Under the pieces are notes generated by a model. It had not been told where the DNA came from, ran no database searches, and saw only the letters and a program-made list of their open reading frames with translations. This document shows positions 26,201 through 41,200 of a DNA stretch of 63,883 bases, in pieces (the stretch's first letter is position 1; each line of letters starts with the position of its first letter). A program made the position numbers and the translations under genes. Source of the stretch: Leucoraja erinacea (lineage: Eukaryota); the NCBI RefSeq assembly GCF_028641065.1, contig NC_073410.1, forward strand, positions 496,001 to 559,883. The letters run 5' to 3'.

Positions 26201-29200
26201 CTTCTGGCACCTGAACTTGAAAACCCTAATTAAAACCCATTGGTTATGAACAGTCAGGGGAGTAGCTTTGGTCCCCAGTCATAATTTCCTCAAATTAATC
26301 TTGCACCATTCTTATACATTAAATTCAAATTTACCATTTTCTTCCCCTTAGCTGGTTGTTCAGAAGCTAAGCTTGTAAAGAGTTATGCAAGTTATACAAA
26401 TCACCTGCAGTGAAGCAGGATACTGTGGTGGCATTTCCACCTGGATCTGAAGCCTATGTCAAAGTGTAAGGGTGCAGAGAAGATTTACGAGGATATTGTC
26501 AGGACTCGAGGGCAGGCTAGGACTTCATTCCTTGTAGTGCAGGAGACTGAGGTGATCTTATAGAGGTGTATAACGTCATGAAGGGGATAGCATGAATGTG
26601 CAGTGTCATTTTCCTGGGGAAGGGGAAATCAAGAACAAGAGGGATGTAACTTTACGGTAAGAGGGAAAAGATATAATTGGAATCTGAGGGATAACTTTTT
26701 CCATTCAGGGAGTGGTGACTATATGGAAAAGGATGCCAGGAGGTAATTGAGGCTGGTACAATAATAATAATTTTAAAATATTTGGACAGGTAGATGGATA
26801 TGAAAGGTTTAGAGGGATATGCGTTTATAAGATTTGTTTACATTGAGCATCTTGATTGGCATGTTCAAGTTGGATCGACGGGCCTGGATGTTTCAGTGCA
26901 AGGGCAGATTAATGTTTGGAGAAAGGAACAACATTTTGGACCGAGATGGCAAATGTGCCATCAGATACCAAACAGAACAAGATATTCCAATCAATGCTCT
27001 TCTTCAGTGATATCAATTCAGAATTTTATAAAAGCACACAGTGTAACAGTTTAGGTGCCAGAAGCTTACGTTTTGCAAATTAAGTTTGACGCTCACTGGA
27101 ATTCTGACTAACTGGGAACAATTCACATTGAGAACATTCTAAACAACATAGACCTAGTTAATATTAATACAAGGACTGTTACAACTTTAATTCTTCCATT
27201 ACAGGTATTAGTAGTCTAATAGGTGAAATTATTTAATTTGACTACAAATGACAGCGTGTTACCCCCCGACAGTGCCATACAAACGAGACATTCCTTCCAC
27301 TTAGCTCAGACGATGTTGCAGTTCATTACATATTTTAGCTGAATAAATACTGCAAGGTTCTCAACTTACAGTACACATAAGCAGCAAAATGTTCACACAA
27401 GTACTGCATTTTTAAAGTGGATTTCAATCAGTTGTACGTTATTCAAAATATTACGTTAATGTAGAATGGAAAGAAAATACAGAAAGAAACTCACATGACA
27501 TCCACACGTTCATTTTTTAAATCTCTCCCACTCCCTTTAGTCAAAACACTATTTTTTTTGAGATACAACCTACACTAAGTTAAAGGAGAGCTTTGTCAAA
27601 GTGAAAGTCACCGAGTCATAATATGGCAAGTTTACTTAATTCAATTGATTCTCAGGTCGCTTCAGGAATACCACTTATTTATAATGTTCTACTGATAGAT
27701 TGTACAACAGATTCAAAGTGATCGGAACTGGCAAAAATTCAGAGTTCATAATTGTTTCAATACACTGCTCCAGGCAGTGTCATAAATGCCACAAATGTCG
27801 AGAATGCACGATAGACGTTAAATACAGGGAGAGCACTGTCTCAAATAATCATCCTTACCATCTCGCAGAGTATAATGAATACTGTTTTGCAACTGTATTA
27901 CTGATCCACACGTTACACAGCTGCCGGTCCACATGCTTACAGTAAAACATATGTCTGAACAGCATTTGATACCTTGTCAAAGCTTTCCTATTGAGAAAGA
28001 AAATGAATAGTGAGCTCACATAATGCTACTCTAGAAATTGAAATTAGATATTTATTGGCAACATTCACAGCAATTACATAATGCCTCCTTTTCGTAGCGT
28101 TGCAGTGCGACTATGGCACTGCGTTATGTATCCAAATTAAACACACAGAACATCAAACTCAAGTGCAAGAAAACGTTATTTTAGCTCTTCCTGTCTAATA
28201 TCTTGCCACTCTTAAAAAAGTGATTGAATCCACTGCAAAACAAATAAGTTAATGTTAATAGGTCATAATCACTCCAATATTTGTGTTGGGATCAGAATTA
28301 AATTAAAAATAAAGTTGTTTAAGAACTATTTAAAACTTAAGATTTATAAATGTTTTATAATTTTAAATTATATTTGTTTTCCTTATTTCTTGAATACAGA
28401 TATTATTTCTTATGCAAAACATATTCCACCACCTGAGATGAGAATTTGAAAGCTCTCTTTATGTGAGATTCATTGATAGCACACAAGGCCATGTACGTTT
28501 TTCTACACAGCTGCTTAATCACGGCAGCAACAGAGCAATGGCAATGTTAACGGTGCAAAGATATGGTACAAGGTGAGAGAAGCTCTGAAGGCACGGGCTC
28601 AAAGATCCAGGTCTGTAACACGCTTCAAGCATGTCATGCCACGACACATTCTTCATTCTTTCATTTGTCCTCCACAAACAAGCCACTGATGCCCAAAGTA
28701 CAAAGCTTTGGCCGTAGGAAATTAGAAAACACAAAGCCAGCCTGGAGCAGTAAACTTGTTAATGGTTAGATCTGGACAATGTGTCATAGAAACTGTTGAG
28801 TCATTTTAATTTGAGAGCTTAAACACTTTCCAAATAATTATTCACAGAGAGATCATCTCTACCTTTGTCTGGTTTTTGACCAACAATGAATGAAAAATAA
28901 AATTCAGTTCCTAACTAGTGTAACAATAAAATAGATGAATAATTCCAGTACTTTAATAAATGAAAAGTGCCATACAAGTACCTAATTTCTACACCATTTT
29001 GTTGTACACAATGTTTAAATCACTGCAGTAATTGATCCTCTTTCTGTATTGATGTAGCTTCAAGATATTACTGTTAAGGCAGTCAAAACATTCTTAAAAT
29101 ATCTAAAAATCTACGATCCTATAAAAGTCTGTGAGATGCACGGTACACAAGCTTTATTTAATGAGGTTCAATTCCAGGTAAGCATTTACTGCCAGGTTTC

Positions 29201-32200
29201 TCAGGTACGTTTAATGGCCTTTCCTTCTGCCAAGTGAACTTGCTGTCAGACAGAAGATCACTGACAGACGGGTTCCAGTGAGCTGGGCGACACATCCTGC
29301 CTGTAAATCAGTCAGCGAGCTGTAATGTCAGTGTAATGGGCTGTGGTCAAAAGAAAATCCTGGCAACGGTCTGTGAATCTTTTCCACTGATGTCATGGCT
29401 GTTAAATAACAGTGATTAAGATGTCAATATAAATCTGAATACCACAGCCATGAGAACGTTCTGACAAGCTTCTATGTTACTTCACAACCAGGATCTTATA
29501 CATCTACTAACCAAATATATACATCGATAATTCCTTAAAAACCCAAATTGCTGCTCATATATGACTGAATAGTTGAATGAAGCACTATTCTCTATAGATC
29601 AAATTAACTCATTTTCCAGACAATGAGTGGCTGCTTTCCCATCATTGCTGGAGTCTGTAATGGGCTAAATGCAGAAAGAAGAATCTGTTTGTTATGGCTC
29701 GCAAAATTATATTTTACTTTTCTCACAATCAATGGAAAATCCCCAAACACAGGGTTGATATTGTACACATTGGATTTATTCAAATGACTTTTAGTGGGGT
29801 TTTATTTTTACATTAGATTTTATTTTATAGTTTCACTCAGTCATACTGGACTTCCTTGTTCCCATGAAGGGAACTGTAGTTTCCCATCATATTGTCAAAA
29901 AGCACCATTCATGGTCAGATTTAATTTGAGGTGCAATTGACTCTTCTGTGTGTGATCTATGTATAGAGCAAAAACAATACATCAGTTGGTCAACTATTCA
30001 CATATGTGATGACCATCAAGGAAATATTAGCCTGTACACCAGAACAATCTAAGCTTGCATCTGAACAGTGCCATGGCACCTTCAATGTCCCACTGATGAA
30101 GCAGATGCGTACGATGATTAAAATTCATGCTGCAAGATGCCATTGACAAAAGGGCTGCAGAAATTATTAGTCTAGATTTTAGTGCATTGTGATCGTTCAG
30201 CTTTAGAGTCAGGGCAAGCACACTAATGTGATGTTTCACTGTTAATTCAGTGTCACAGTGTGGAACACCCCAAGCAACACCAATCAGGTACAGGTCTGAC
30301 ATTGCTTCCTAACTGACAAACAGCATTTCCTTACTGAGGCTGGTGAAATTCCAGATATCAAGTTATCTTCTAACATTAAATTACAGCTTCAACAATAGCA
30401 GACATCCACACTTGCTCATACAGGACTTAGCCAGATGAATAGACCAAAGCAGAATGAGTTTGGCGATAGGTTTGCATGTTACAGTGTAGTTGGACAAAAC
30501 CACTCACCTGTTTAAAATCAATGACAATGGCCATTTCACCACATAGTCAAAGGAGAAAGCTTCCAGGCCACTAAGTGCAATCTCAGTTGGGTCTGCATTG
30601 ATGATGGCCTTTTCCTGCTTGGTTTCTATAGCAAGAACCCGCAGCAACTGAGTGATGAGGTCATGCGGCATTAGATTAATCTGCAGTAGAATAAAATCAT
30701 GCATTTAATTTACTACATCCAAACCGTCATCAATTTCAATAAATGTAAGACAACAGAATGGTTAAATGCTTGGGAATGATGCACATTCACAATAGATCTC
30801 GTATCTAGGCAGACACTTGGGTAGACATTAAAATAAAAAGTCCACATGTTGATGGGCGTTGTTACTCACTGTTTACAAAACATACTTTAAAGAGAATTAA
30901 AGATCAAAAGTTTTGGGGCTCCAGAATGATGGTAAATTGCAGAACAATCACTTTGAATTGGAATTGATAAAAATGGTGAAGAAGAGAGAAATTAACAGAT
31001 TATAGTGACCAGTAAATCCTAGTTACAGTTGTGAATCACAGGGAAGGGAGGGTGGAATTATTCAGAACAATAAGTTTATGCCATTTCTCCAAGACTCAAT
31101 TTTCTGGTTATTTTATTTGGATATTCCCCCTATAACTACACTGTATTTAAAATGTAATGAATAGGCTTTGTTTCAGCCACGCTCCAGTTAGCCAGGTACA
31201 ATTCTAGCGACTAGTAGCTCCTTCACCCACCAACTCCTTTTGAAATGTCCTTAAATATTCTGCTGCACTATTGTCAATCTTGAAACCATTATTTACTTCA
31301 TCGTCTCAACATTAAAAAAAACACCCATTGTCTCACAGTACTGTTGCTTCCCAAATTAGGCATCAGGATAGTAACATTCAAAATCATCCACCTTCTTCCT
31401 GCAGCTACATTTTAAATTCACTCATACATGTATTCCATATCACATTAGGCCATTCCTTTCAATATTACGCACCCTCTCCATAATCTGTCATCATGGGGAT
31501 TTTTATTAAATTACATATTCAAAGCTCCAGATGTTGTTAATGAAGACAAGCTTGCCATACACCTTCTTTACCACGCTATAGTTTAGTTTATTATTATCAC
31601 GTGTACCAAGGTGAAACTATCCCTGAATATGGAGGTATGTGTTTTCAAACCAATGATTTGTATCGGCCCTTTCCGGTAGCTATAGACTTGCACCCCAAAA
31701 TCCCTCTGTACGTTAATGGTCCTAAGAGTTCTGTAATTTACTGTAAACTTTCCTCTTGCATTTGACCTTCTAAAATACATCACATTTGCTCGGATTAAAC
31801 CTCACCTACATTTTGTTGCCCAAATTTCTAATTGATCTGCATCCAATAGTATCATTTGACAACATTCCTTGCTATCCACAACTCCACCAATTTCTATGTC
31901 TGTGGATCCATCAATTCTGTTTGCACAAACCTTCAAATCATCCTTAAATGGGTCAGTGTTGGCTGTGCTCATTCGCAGAGCTAGCTCCAAAAGAGCTTCC
32001 AGCCTGGTGGTGATGATATCATCCACTGACTTTTTCAGCTCTTCCTCTGTAAGATCCATGAAATGGACAAAGAAATCTCCTCGATCCATCAGGAAGTAGT
32101 GTTTTATTGACCTGGAATACAATCAAGATAGCAAACATTTTATTGCAGTACCATATGTTGATTTTATTGTACAGAACAGGATAATTAACAACCACAAAGT

Positions 32201-35200
32201 TTGTCGAAGGAGGATTTAAAATACACATGGTAACAATTTTGTTAGCACGAACAAGTAATGAAATACAGCTTTTGACAATATGCATTAGAATTAATTTGCA
32301 TCAAAAATAAGAGGCAATATTTTTTGTCTCAACCAGACAACAGGTTACAATTAAATGATGTTTGAGTCAGAAACATAGAGCATGGAAACAGGTTCTTCAG
32401 TCCAACATGCCCATGGTGACCAAGATGCTCTATCTAGGCTAGTTCCATTTGTCCACCTTTGGCCCATATACCTCTAAATCTTTCCTAATCATGTACCCGT
32501 TCAAGTGTCTTTTAAATGCTGTTATAGGACCTGCCTCAACTACCTCCTCTGGCAGATTGTCCCATCCCATCAGAAGTATGAAGAAGTTGCCCCTCAGGTT
32601 CCCATTAAATCTTTCCCCTCACCTTAAATCTATGTCCCTGTGTTTTGATTCCGCTATCCTGGGTAAAAGACTGTGCATTCACTCTAACTAGTCTCCTCAA
32701 GATTTCATACACAGATTAGATATAAGAGTGAAGAATGGGTAATAACATCGACCACTACTAAATTTAGTTGTGACATCAGAGTACCTGCCCAAGCAAGTGA
32801 AGTCACACAACTAGTTGCTTCTGTGAAATCCAGACAATACTACAGAATTAAGACAGAAGAGGATCCAAATACTGGATGGAAATGGAGAGTGTGTTTTGGG
32901 TTGAGACCCTTGTTCAGACTATAGAAACATGTTTAAAACCTAGTGCTTTTAAACATTGTATTAATATTATCCATTTTTTCCAGACTCCAAGCCAACCCTG
33001 TTCGAACAACTTCTATTTACAGCAGTCCTTACTCCATAAAAAAACTGGCCTTGTTTAGAAAAGTTTAAAGCTCTCAAGTCACATTCATGTTTAGATTGGG
33101 GGAGGGGGCTACAGACACAATTCTGATAGTTCCATAAGATGATGGGTTTCATCTATCTTAAGATTTTGTCATAAATAATACATAGGTTTCTAACCAACAA
33201 GGGAATCACGGGTTATGGAGAAAGACGTGGGATATTGAATATGCCATGATCGTACTGACTGACAGAACAGTCTCAAGGGGCTGAATGGCCAACTTCTGTT
33301 TGTACTTCATTTGATCTTGCAAACACATTCTACCAGACATTTAAACCACATTTGACAGTGAGCCTGCCCTGCTTGCCACACGGGGCTGATTAGAAAAACA
33401 AGCCATATCAAGACTGGAGGGAGATTTTCAAAGTTAATGATTTTAAACAGCTCACCAGCAATATTCTTTGCATTGTTATTAAATAAAGTTTGTATTTTCT
33501 TAGATTCAATTAACAACCAAGGATTGCTACATTGGAATGCCATCAACAGTCAGCAACAGTGAACTGAAACAAATCGGACTTTCTGCAAGTCCTGAAGCAA
33601 TTCCACGAAAATAGCCAACTTTTACATGTGAAAAAAAAAAATGTAGAATTTCTGACCTACATATTCAAGATTAAAATTTCAAAGGGATTGTCTGGCTGGT
33701 ATCAATACATTTTTAAAATAACTCCTTACTCTGTTAATAATGAGGTCCATATGGGGCATGGTAACAAAAATCAGCGATTATATACTGGACACAAATCCCA
33801 GGGATTTGGAAAGTTATGTTTACAAAAAGATTCTCTGAAGGTCACTTCATCAAATGAAGATTAACATTCATCTGATGTTTCAGGGGAAAGTAGAATGTTA
33901 CACTGTTTGGTATAGTGTTCATTTAAATTTGAAAACTGAAAATGGTTTAAAATTTTAAATTTCAATTAACTGTGACGTGGAACTAAAGACATGGCAAAGA
34001 GAATCACTCCTACTACTACACATGGATCTATGTTTCTTTGTGTTTTTAAAACCTTGAACATGAAACCAAAGAGCAGAAACTTTAATTGTGCCTCCTTGTC
34101 TCTAATGAACTACAGCCAGTTTTACAACTAAAATGATCTGGTGAAAGATTTATTTAACCCTCAGCGAAGGCATTGCAAGATGTGACTATTTATTTGTGTT
34201 AAATATGACTACTAATTTACTATGCCTTCAACAAGGTTAAATGTGGAGATACTAATGATACAAGCAGAACCTCATAGGCAAATCCGAAAGGGACATGTAA
34301 TTCCATTTGTGGGAATAATTTAATACATAGTTTAAATTTCAGAAATGTTCCCATGGGATTATTGGCTGATGATCTATTGTACAAGTAGCACCAAACAAGG
34401 AAATTAAGACCTTTTATAGCAACTCACTTACTGCAGGCAATAAACAGAAGAAAACATTTCCTTTCTCAATAAACTATTTAAGGTTATGTACCCGAGTCGT
34501 GCCAGGAGTTCTTTTTCCTTCATTAGAAAGTCTAGCAGAACCTTGCTGGCATAGTTGTAGGACTTTTCAATTTGTTCCACGTATGCACGCTCCTTCAGAG
34601 TGTAGATCACTTCCTTGGCATTGGGACACGTCACATCACGACCACATTCCCTAACAACATTCAGATATTTTCCTGAAAATAAATAAAACACAGTTTGTTA
34701 TCATCACAGTGATGGCCAAAATAAAGCAGCGTTTCCTCCTACAGACTGTCCACCAACCCAAACTAGAAGAATGTCATTAAGCACATGGGAAAATATTTTA
34801 AATGTGATCGTCAAATTAAAACAAAGAAAAAACCCAATGTCCTTCTTGGACCATGCTAAATAACAGGAAGGAAAGGGCAAAGAGACCGAGGATTTCTACT
34901 TCTCAGCTTCTCCAGCAGATCAAGAAATTGCATTCCCTTCATCAGAAAATGTTCTATATGATTGTTTAACCAACATCTATTGACCATGATGTGCTATCAT
35001 ATACTCCTACTGTGAAATAGAAAATCTCTTACACGTTGTCCAAGAAGGAAGTTACCTAAATTTCAGCAGGTTTTTAGGGAAATACATTAACCGCTCACTA
35101 TAACACTTAATGGCCGACCTCTTTAATAGTAAACAAATATTATTTTTGTAGTATGTAATTTAAAACACCAACATTTTATAGGTACGTACACATATTTTAT

Positions 35201-38200
35201 AGAAGTATATGCTGGAATCTTGAGCAATTATCGTTGTTATAGAAAGTTTAAAAATGGATTTCCTTAAATAAAAATCCAATAAATGATATACACCTGGAAT
35301 TTCAGTTAAATGGCTCCGTCTCATGCCATTTCATTACAGTGTTTCTGTTTTAACTGAAAATAAGATTTTAATATTAAAACTAATCAATTCACTTCAACAC
35401 TAAAACATATATACTTATAGTATTTTAAATCAACATAAAGGGATACACTGTAATGGAGAAATCCAAAAGGTTGCGTTACCTGTACTAAGTATCTTGTCAG
35501 CCAACTTCTGCAGAAATGAGGGGATTCGGTACTGGATAATCGTGTATCTCTCATCCCAATACTTGTCATTGTAATCCTCCTGAATTTTCTCCTTTTTAAG
35601 TTCATGCTCCTCCACCATAAACTCACTGCACATGACAAAGATCAATTTGCTCAATTAAAAAAAAAAGTTATAACGCAAAACACAAGTCATAGGAGCAGAA
35701 TTAGGAAATTTAGCCCAAAGTCTATTCCACCATTCACTCATGGCCGAGCTCTCTTTCCCTCTCAACCCCATTCTCCTGCCTTCTCCCTGTAACCTTTGAC
35801 ACCCTTAGTAATCAAGAACCTGTCAATCTCCGCTTTAAAAAACACCCAATGATTTGATGTCTGTGGCAATGAATTCCACAGATTCACCACCCTCTGGCTA
35901 AAGAAATTCCTTCTCACCTTCTTTCTAAAGGGATGTCCTTTTATTCGGAGGCTGTGCCCTCTGGTTCTAGACTCTCACACTAGTGGAAACATCCTCTGTC
36001 CAGGCCTTCACTATTCAGTAATTGTCAGTGAGTACATGCCTAGAGCCATCAAACGCCCCTCATATATAAACCTAATCATCCCCAGGTCATTCTTCTAAAC
36101 CTCCTCTAAACCCTCTATAACGCCAGCACATCCCCTCAGATATGGGGCCCAGATCTGAACACAAAACACCAAATGGGGTTTGACCAGCACATTATAAAGC
36201 CTCAACATTACATCCCTGCTTAATACGACAAGTTAAAACATTCCAAGCAGAATGAGTTAATTAGTTTGTTCTGCGTTATATTTACTAGTACTAGCCTCTA
36301 TCTTCTCATCACCAAATCCAATGTATGACCCACTACTCTGGTTCCCACCTCCCTGCCTCTCCAGTTTAAATCCTTCCGAGTAGCACCAGCAAACCTTCCT
36401 GCAAGGATTCAATACTCTTGAAATAATCTTATAGGCATTGAGGACTTCCAAGAATTTGCTTATACCTGTAAGGATCTTGTATAATTCCTCTGTAGATCCA
36501 CTTTTCTAAAATTTCAAAGTAAGGTACACTTGCTGCTTTGGTTAGGTAGAGACACAACTCCTGTGCCTGATTATCTCCTGTGTAGTTAAACGTTCTGTCA
36601 TGCAGCACACTTAGCGTTGATCCTCCCATACATTCTCCTTTCTCCACAGAGGTAGCTGGTAGAGGATAGAAGATGAAGAACAATCTATTGAAGCCGTTTA
36701 TTTTATTTTGTGGAAAATGCTTTGCACCATTAAAAAAATCTGTTGACTGTGGTTAACTAGGGAAGCTATTCAATGGTTTTGTACTTCAAATAAGGATCAT
36801 TCTCCCCAAACATTGAAAGAATGATTTCAAATGACAAATGTTTTAGTTAGCACTACTTGCCTTTGCTGAATGTGCGCTGACAGGCATAGATGAATTACAA
36901 CCTTGGTTTACTTTCAAGGCTTTTTATGCTTGGCTTTAAATGGAAATGACAATGAAGACAATAACATTGTACCTATTGATGCCATAATTTCCATCGTTCT
37001 AATGGTTGGTTGAACATAAAACCAAAGTTTCTGTAACGAGAGCAGTCCTTGTCTCTGTAAATGTTCCAGTTGTGTCACGAGGATCATGTACTCCTTCACC
37101 AGTGTCCGCATTGCAGCAGCTAAGGCGTGGTTTACCTGGCCGTGCTCAAACGATGATTTATCCTCAATGAATCTGCAGCAACATCAATGGAATTATCAAA
37201 GCTGGGAAACAAACATTTCTCTGAGCATTGTTTCACTGCTACATGTTCCCCAGTCAGGCTAGAGTAGGAGTTATTTTGCTTCTGTCATTCCCACCTAATG
37301 TTATAAATATTCCACGGGTCTGCTTCACCCTGTGTTCCTACTCTACAATGTGCACACAGCCAATGTACCTGCCTGAGCCACAACCTTGATGATCTGCTGA
37401 ATCTGAATAACATAGTTGGATGTTTCCAAGACCACTGGGAAATAATAAGAGAAAAGCTACTACACAGAACACACTGAACTCAACAATGAACATCATCAGC
37501 CCTGCAGTGTGAGTTATGTGAGCCCTGGTGTTGGCATGTAGGTAGGGGTGTGTGTGACAGTCTGTACAAGGTTGGAGTAGATCCCTAGACCCAAAGTGAC
37601 AGGAAGAACATGTCCACAGTTTAGGTTTACTATTATCACGTGTGCAGAGGTACAGTGGAATATTTGCTTTGCATGCTATCCAATCAGTTCAGCTAATACC
37701 ATACATACAATCCATAAATACAATCAAGCCAAACTCAAGTAGAATAGATAAGAGCAAAGGTGAAGATCCAGAGTATAGAATATTTGTAGTGTAACAGTTC
37801 CATAAACAAAGTCCAAGAGGGACAGTATCCTAGCTTATGGAAGGACAGTTCAGAAGCCTGATAGATGAGAGGAAGAAGCTGTTTCTGAGTTTGGTGGTGC
37901 ATACTATCAAGCTTCTGCACCCTTTTGAAGCAGCAAATGATCTGATGGATAGACACAAAATGCTGGAAGAACTCAGCGGGACAGGCAGCATCTCTGGAGA
38001 GAGGAATGGGTGACGTTTCAGGTTGAGACCTTTCTTCAGACTGAGGAAAGTCTTCATGGGAATGGGCGGGACAGAGATAGAATGTTGTCAGAGACAGTAA
38101 GACTGGTGGGAGAACTGGGAAAGGGGAGGGGATGGAGAGAGAGGGAAAGCAAGAGCTATTTGAAATTAGAGAAGTCAATGTTCATACTGCTGGGGAGTAA

Positions 38201-41200
38201 GCTACCCGAGCAAAATATGAGGTGCTGTGCCTCCAATTTGCGCTGGGCCCCACTCTGACAACGGAGGAGGCCCAGGACAGAAAGGTCAGATTGGGAATGA
38301 GAAGGGGAGTTACTGCTGAGCAACTGGGAAATCAGGTAGGTGAAGACAGACTGAGCCCAGGTATTCAGCGAAACGATCGCCGAGCCTGCGCTTGGTCTCG
38401 TCGATGTACAGAAGAATGATCTGACAGGCTCAGGTGGAGAGGTGGAAGGGTCTAGGCACACCGAGGCAGACTGATAAGTCACAACACTCTTGCTCAACCT
38501 TCAGGCCTGGGGACTGTGCAGTGAGAAGGCTGGTGCACACTGCCCCATGGCTTGGCTCTGTGCCTTAGCTTGATGGTCAATGCCATCTCTAAATATTTCA
38601 CACCTGCAACGTTGCTCACCTGGTAACAGAGGAATAACTTGCTGCTATTGGCAGGATCCTATTGACAAGCTCCTTGACGGACATGTCCAGTGTGGGGTCA
38701 ACTGCAAAGCTGCGGTTGTGTTTCCCCATCAATGGTTGGGCCGTGATATATCTCCCATCTACTCCAATCAAGACGTACAGCAAGTCTTCAACGATCATTT
38801 GTTCTTGTGTAGCAAGTGGTAAAGTTCCTAATCGAAAAGAGAAGTTTGATATAGAAAGGGACGTAATGTTGCCGAGATTTATTAATCACACAAATTTGCT
38901 CCAAACGATCCAGTAATAAAATGTTGTAAAAATTTGCATCTTAAAAACAGATAATCTGCATGTGACCAAGGATACGAAATCATATAGAGACATCATCTGA
39001 TGTGTTTAAAGGGAATGGATTTCCCACAAAATGTTGTAATTAAATGAAATTTAGCTATAGCCCAAATTCAGAAAACCAGGTATTTTATGGATGTGATGCC
39101 TAGTTAATTAGACAGAGTACATAGGAACGTTAAAGATCAGCCTCAGTAGGGCGTGTATCAATCTGCAGTTGTCACGTGTCAGAAGCTGCGTAATATTGCA
39201 GAAACAAGGAACTGCAAGACACAGAGTGCTGGAGTAACTCAGTGGGTCAGGCAGCATCGCTGGAGAACATGGATAGGTGACGTTTCACAGAGTGCTGGAG
39301 TAACTCAGCGGGTCAGGCAGCATGTCTGGAGAACATGGATAGGTGACGTTTCGCAGAGTGCTGGAGTAACTCAGCGGGTCAGGCAGCATCTATGGAGAAC
39401 ATGGATAGGTGACGTTTCGCAGAGTGCTCGAGTAACTCAGCGGGTCAGGCAGCATCGCTGGAGAACATGGATAGGTGATGTTTCACAGAGTGCTGGAGTA
39501 ACTCAGCGGGTCAGGCAGCATCGCTGGAGAACATGGATAGGTGACGTTTCACAGAGTGCTGGAGTAACTCAGCGGGTCAGGCTGCATGTCTGGAGAACAT
39601 GGATAGGTGACATTTCAGGTCGTGATGCTTCTTCAGCAGGATATGTCGCGTTCCTCAGATCTGGATAGGTGACATTTTGGGTCCTGACCTGACCGTGTTC
39701 TTCAGAGATGCTGCCTGACCCGCTGATTGACTCCAGCATATTGAGTCTTTTTCTGAGTAATATTATATCCAGATATGAACAGCACACATCTTCATGTTAC
39801 TTAAAGATCCTTTCTTAATTTAAAGTTGAATAAACTGTGAATTGATGTCAAACTAAGAATAAAAACAAAATCAAGTATGGCTCCAGTTAGACCGATCGGA
39901 TTGATTCAATGTGGGGCCAGAGTTTGAATCAATCTGTGTGAAGGGCAACTCAGGGCATCTTCACCATCTTGACAAAGTCCAACACCGTGTGTATTGTTCA
40001 TGAATGTTAACACCTACAAATAGGTAGTTTAACTCTTGCATCATTATTACAGGAGAAAACAAATAATAACCGATATTGCCACAAGATTCTAGTAACGCAG
40101 TACAATGAAGCAGATACCAGTTCTTGCAGCAAACTTCTTAAAATTAAAAGCACCCAAAGGTATACATCCCTTCAAAATACAATGCATTTACAGCTTCAAT
40201 ATAGTTTGGAAGGTATTGAAGGTGAGATTAATGGTGGTAAAGTAAGAATGCGGTGTTTAGGTGCAAAATAATACAGATTTTATGATTTTTCTTTCAATGC
40301 ATCAACAATTGTCTTGGTATTTAGTGACCCAAGAATAAGGACAGTATCATAATTCCATTTACAAGTTGGACACTGACTACCTACCGATAGAAATGATTGT
40401 TTCAGTGATTGGACTAGAACTGTTGAGAAAGTCCCCCAGCAATGCTGGCCTCGTATATACCCACGATGGGAAATGCGGGATGATCTGCCCAGGGTTTTTT
40501 CTGTTGTGTTTGTCACGAAGGAGCTTGCGAACTACTTCAAGTGGCTAGAAACAGAACATTTACAAAGTAGTTTAAATGCACCCTAATTTGCCATAAGTAC
40601 AACACTCTAAACAAATAAATTAAGTGAGACACTTAACATAACTGACTTAAGCATCTACAACTGACAGTGCTCAGTAATCCTTAACAGAGAAAGCATAATG
40701 TTAATCATGCTTAAAAATAATAATTTGCTGTTGATGGAATATTATTACATGTGTGCCAAATTAGTACAGGCTCATTACATGCGTTTATTGAGATGTTTTG
40801 TATCTCTACAGAGCCATGCGAAATCTGATAAATGTACAATTTACTAAAGCAATTAATTCTAGTTTGATCTCGAACCTGTTGTGAATTTGAGCTGGTGGTG
40901 ACGCTGCCAAGTTGTTTTCGTAGTTCTTCAAGTTCCTGCAGAGAGAGCTTGGCAGTTGCTGCAGGGACACTGAATGTGGCAGCACCACTAGCCATGATAC
41001 TGGAGGAGTGCTCTGCTCGGTCCTTTGCATTCTGCTGCAAATACTGCAGCGTCTATCGGGAAAATACATTAATTTACTTTCAAATTGCAGCTTTTAAATA
41101 TCAAATATATTTAAACAATTTCATGCTAATAATTATCTAACACCTTGGAAGACAATTTGGCTTTCTAATCTGTGTAAAACTGAAGCTCTGATATTTCTAT

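Noticed and set aside
39219-39617. ORF 39153-39668 and array as CRISPR or a coding repeat
   Set aside because: Head-to-tail 66-bp units without unique spacers; the ORF is open only because the unit length is a multiple of 3
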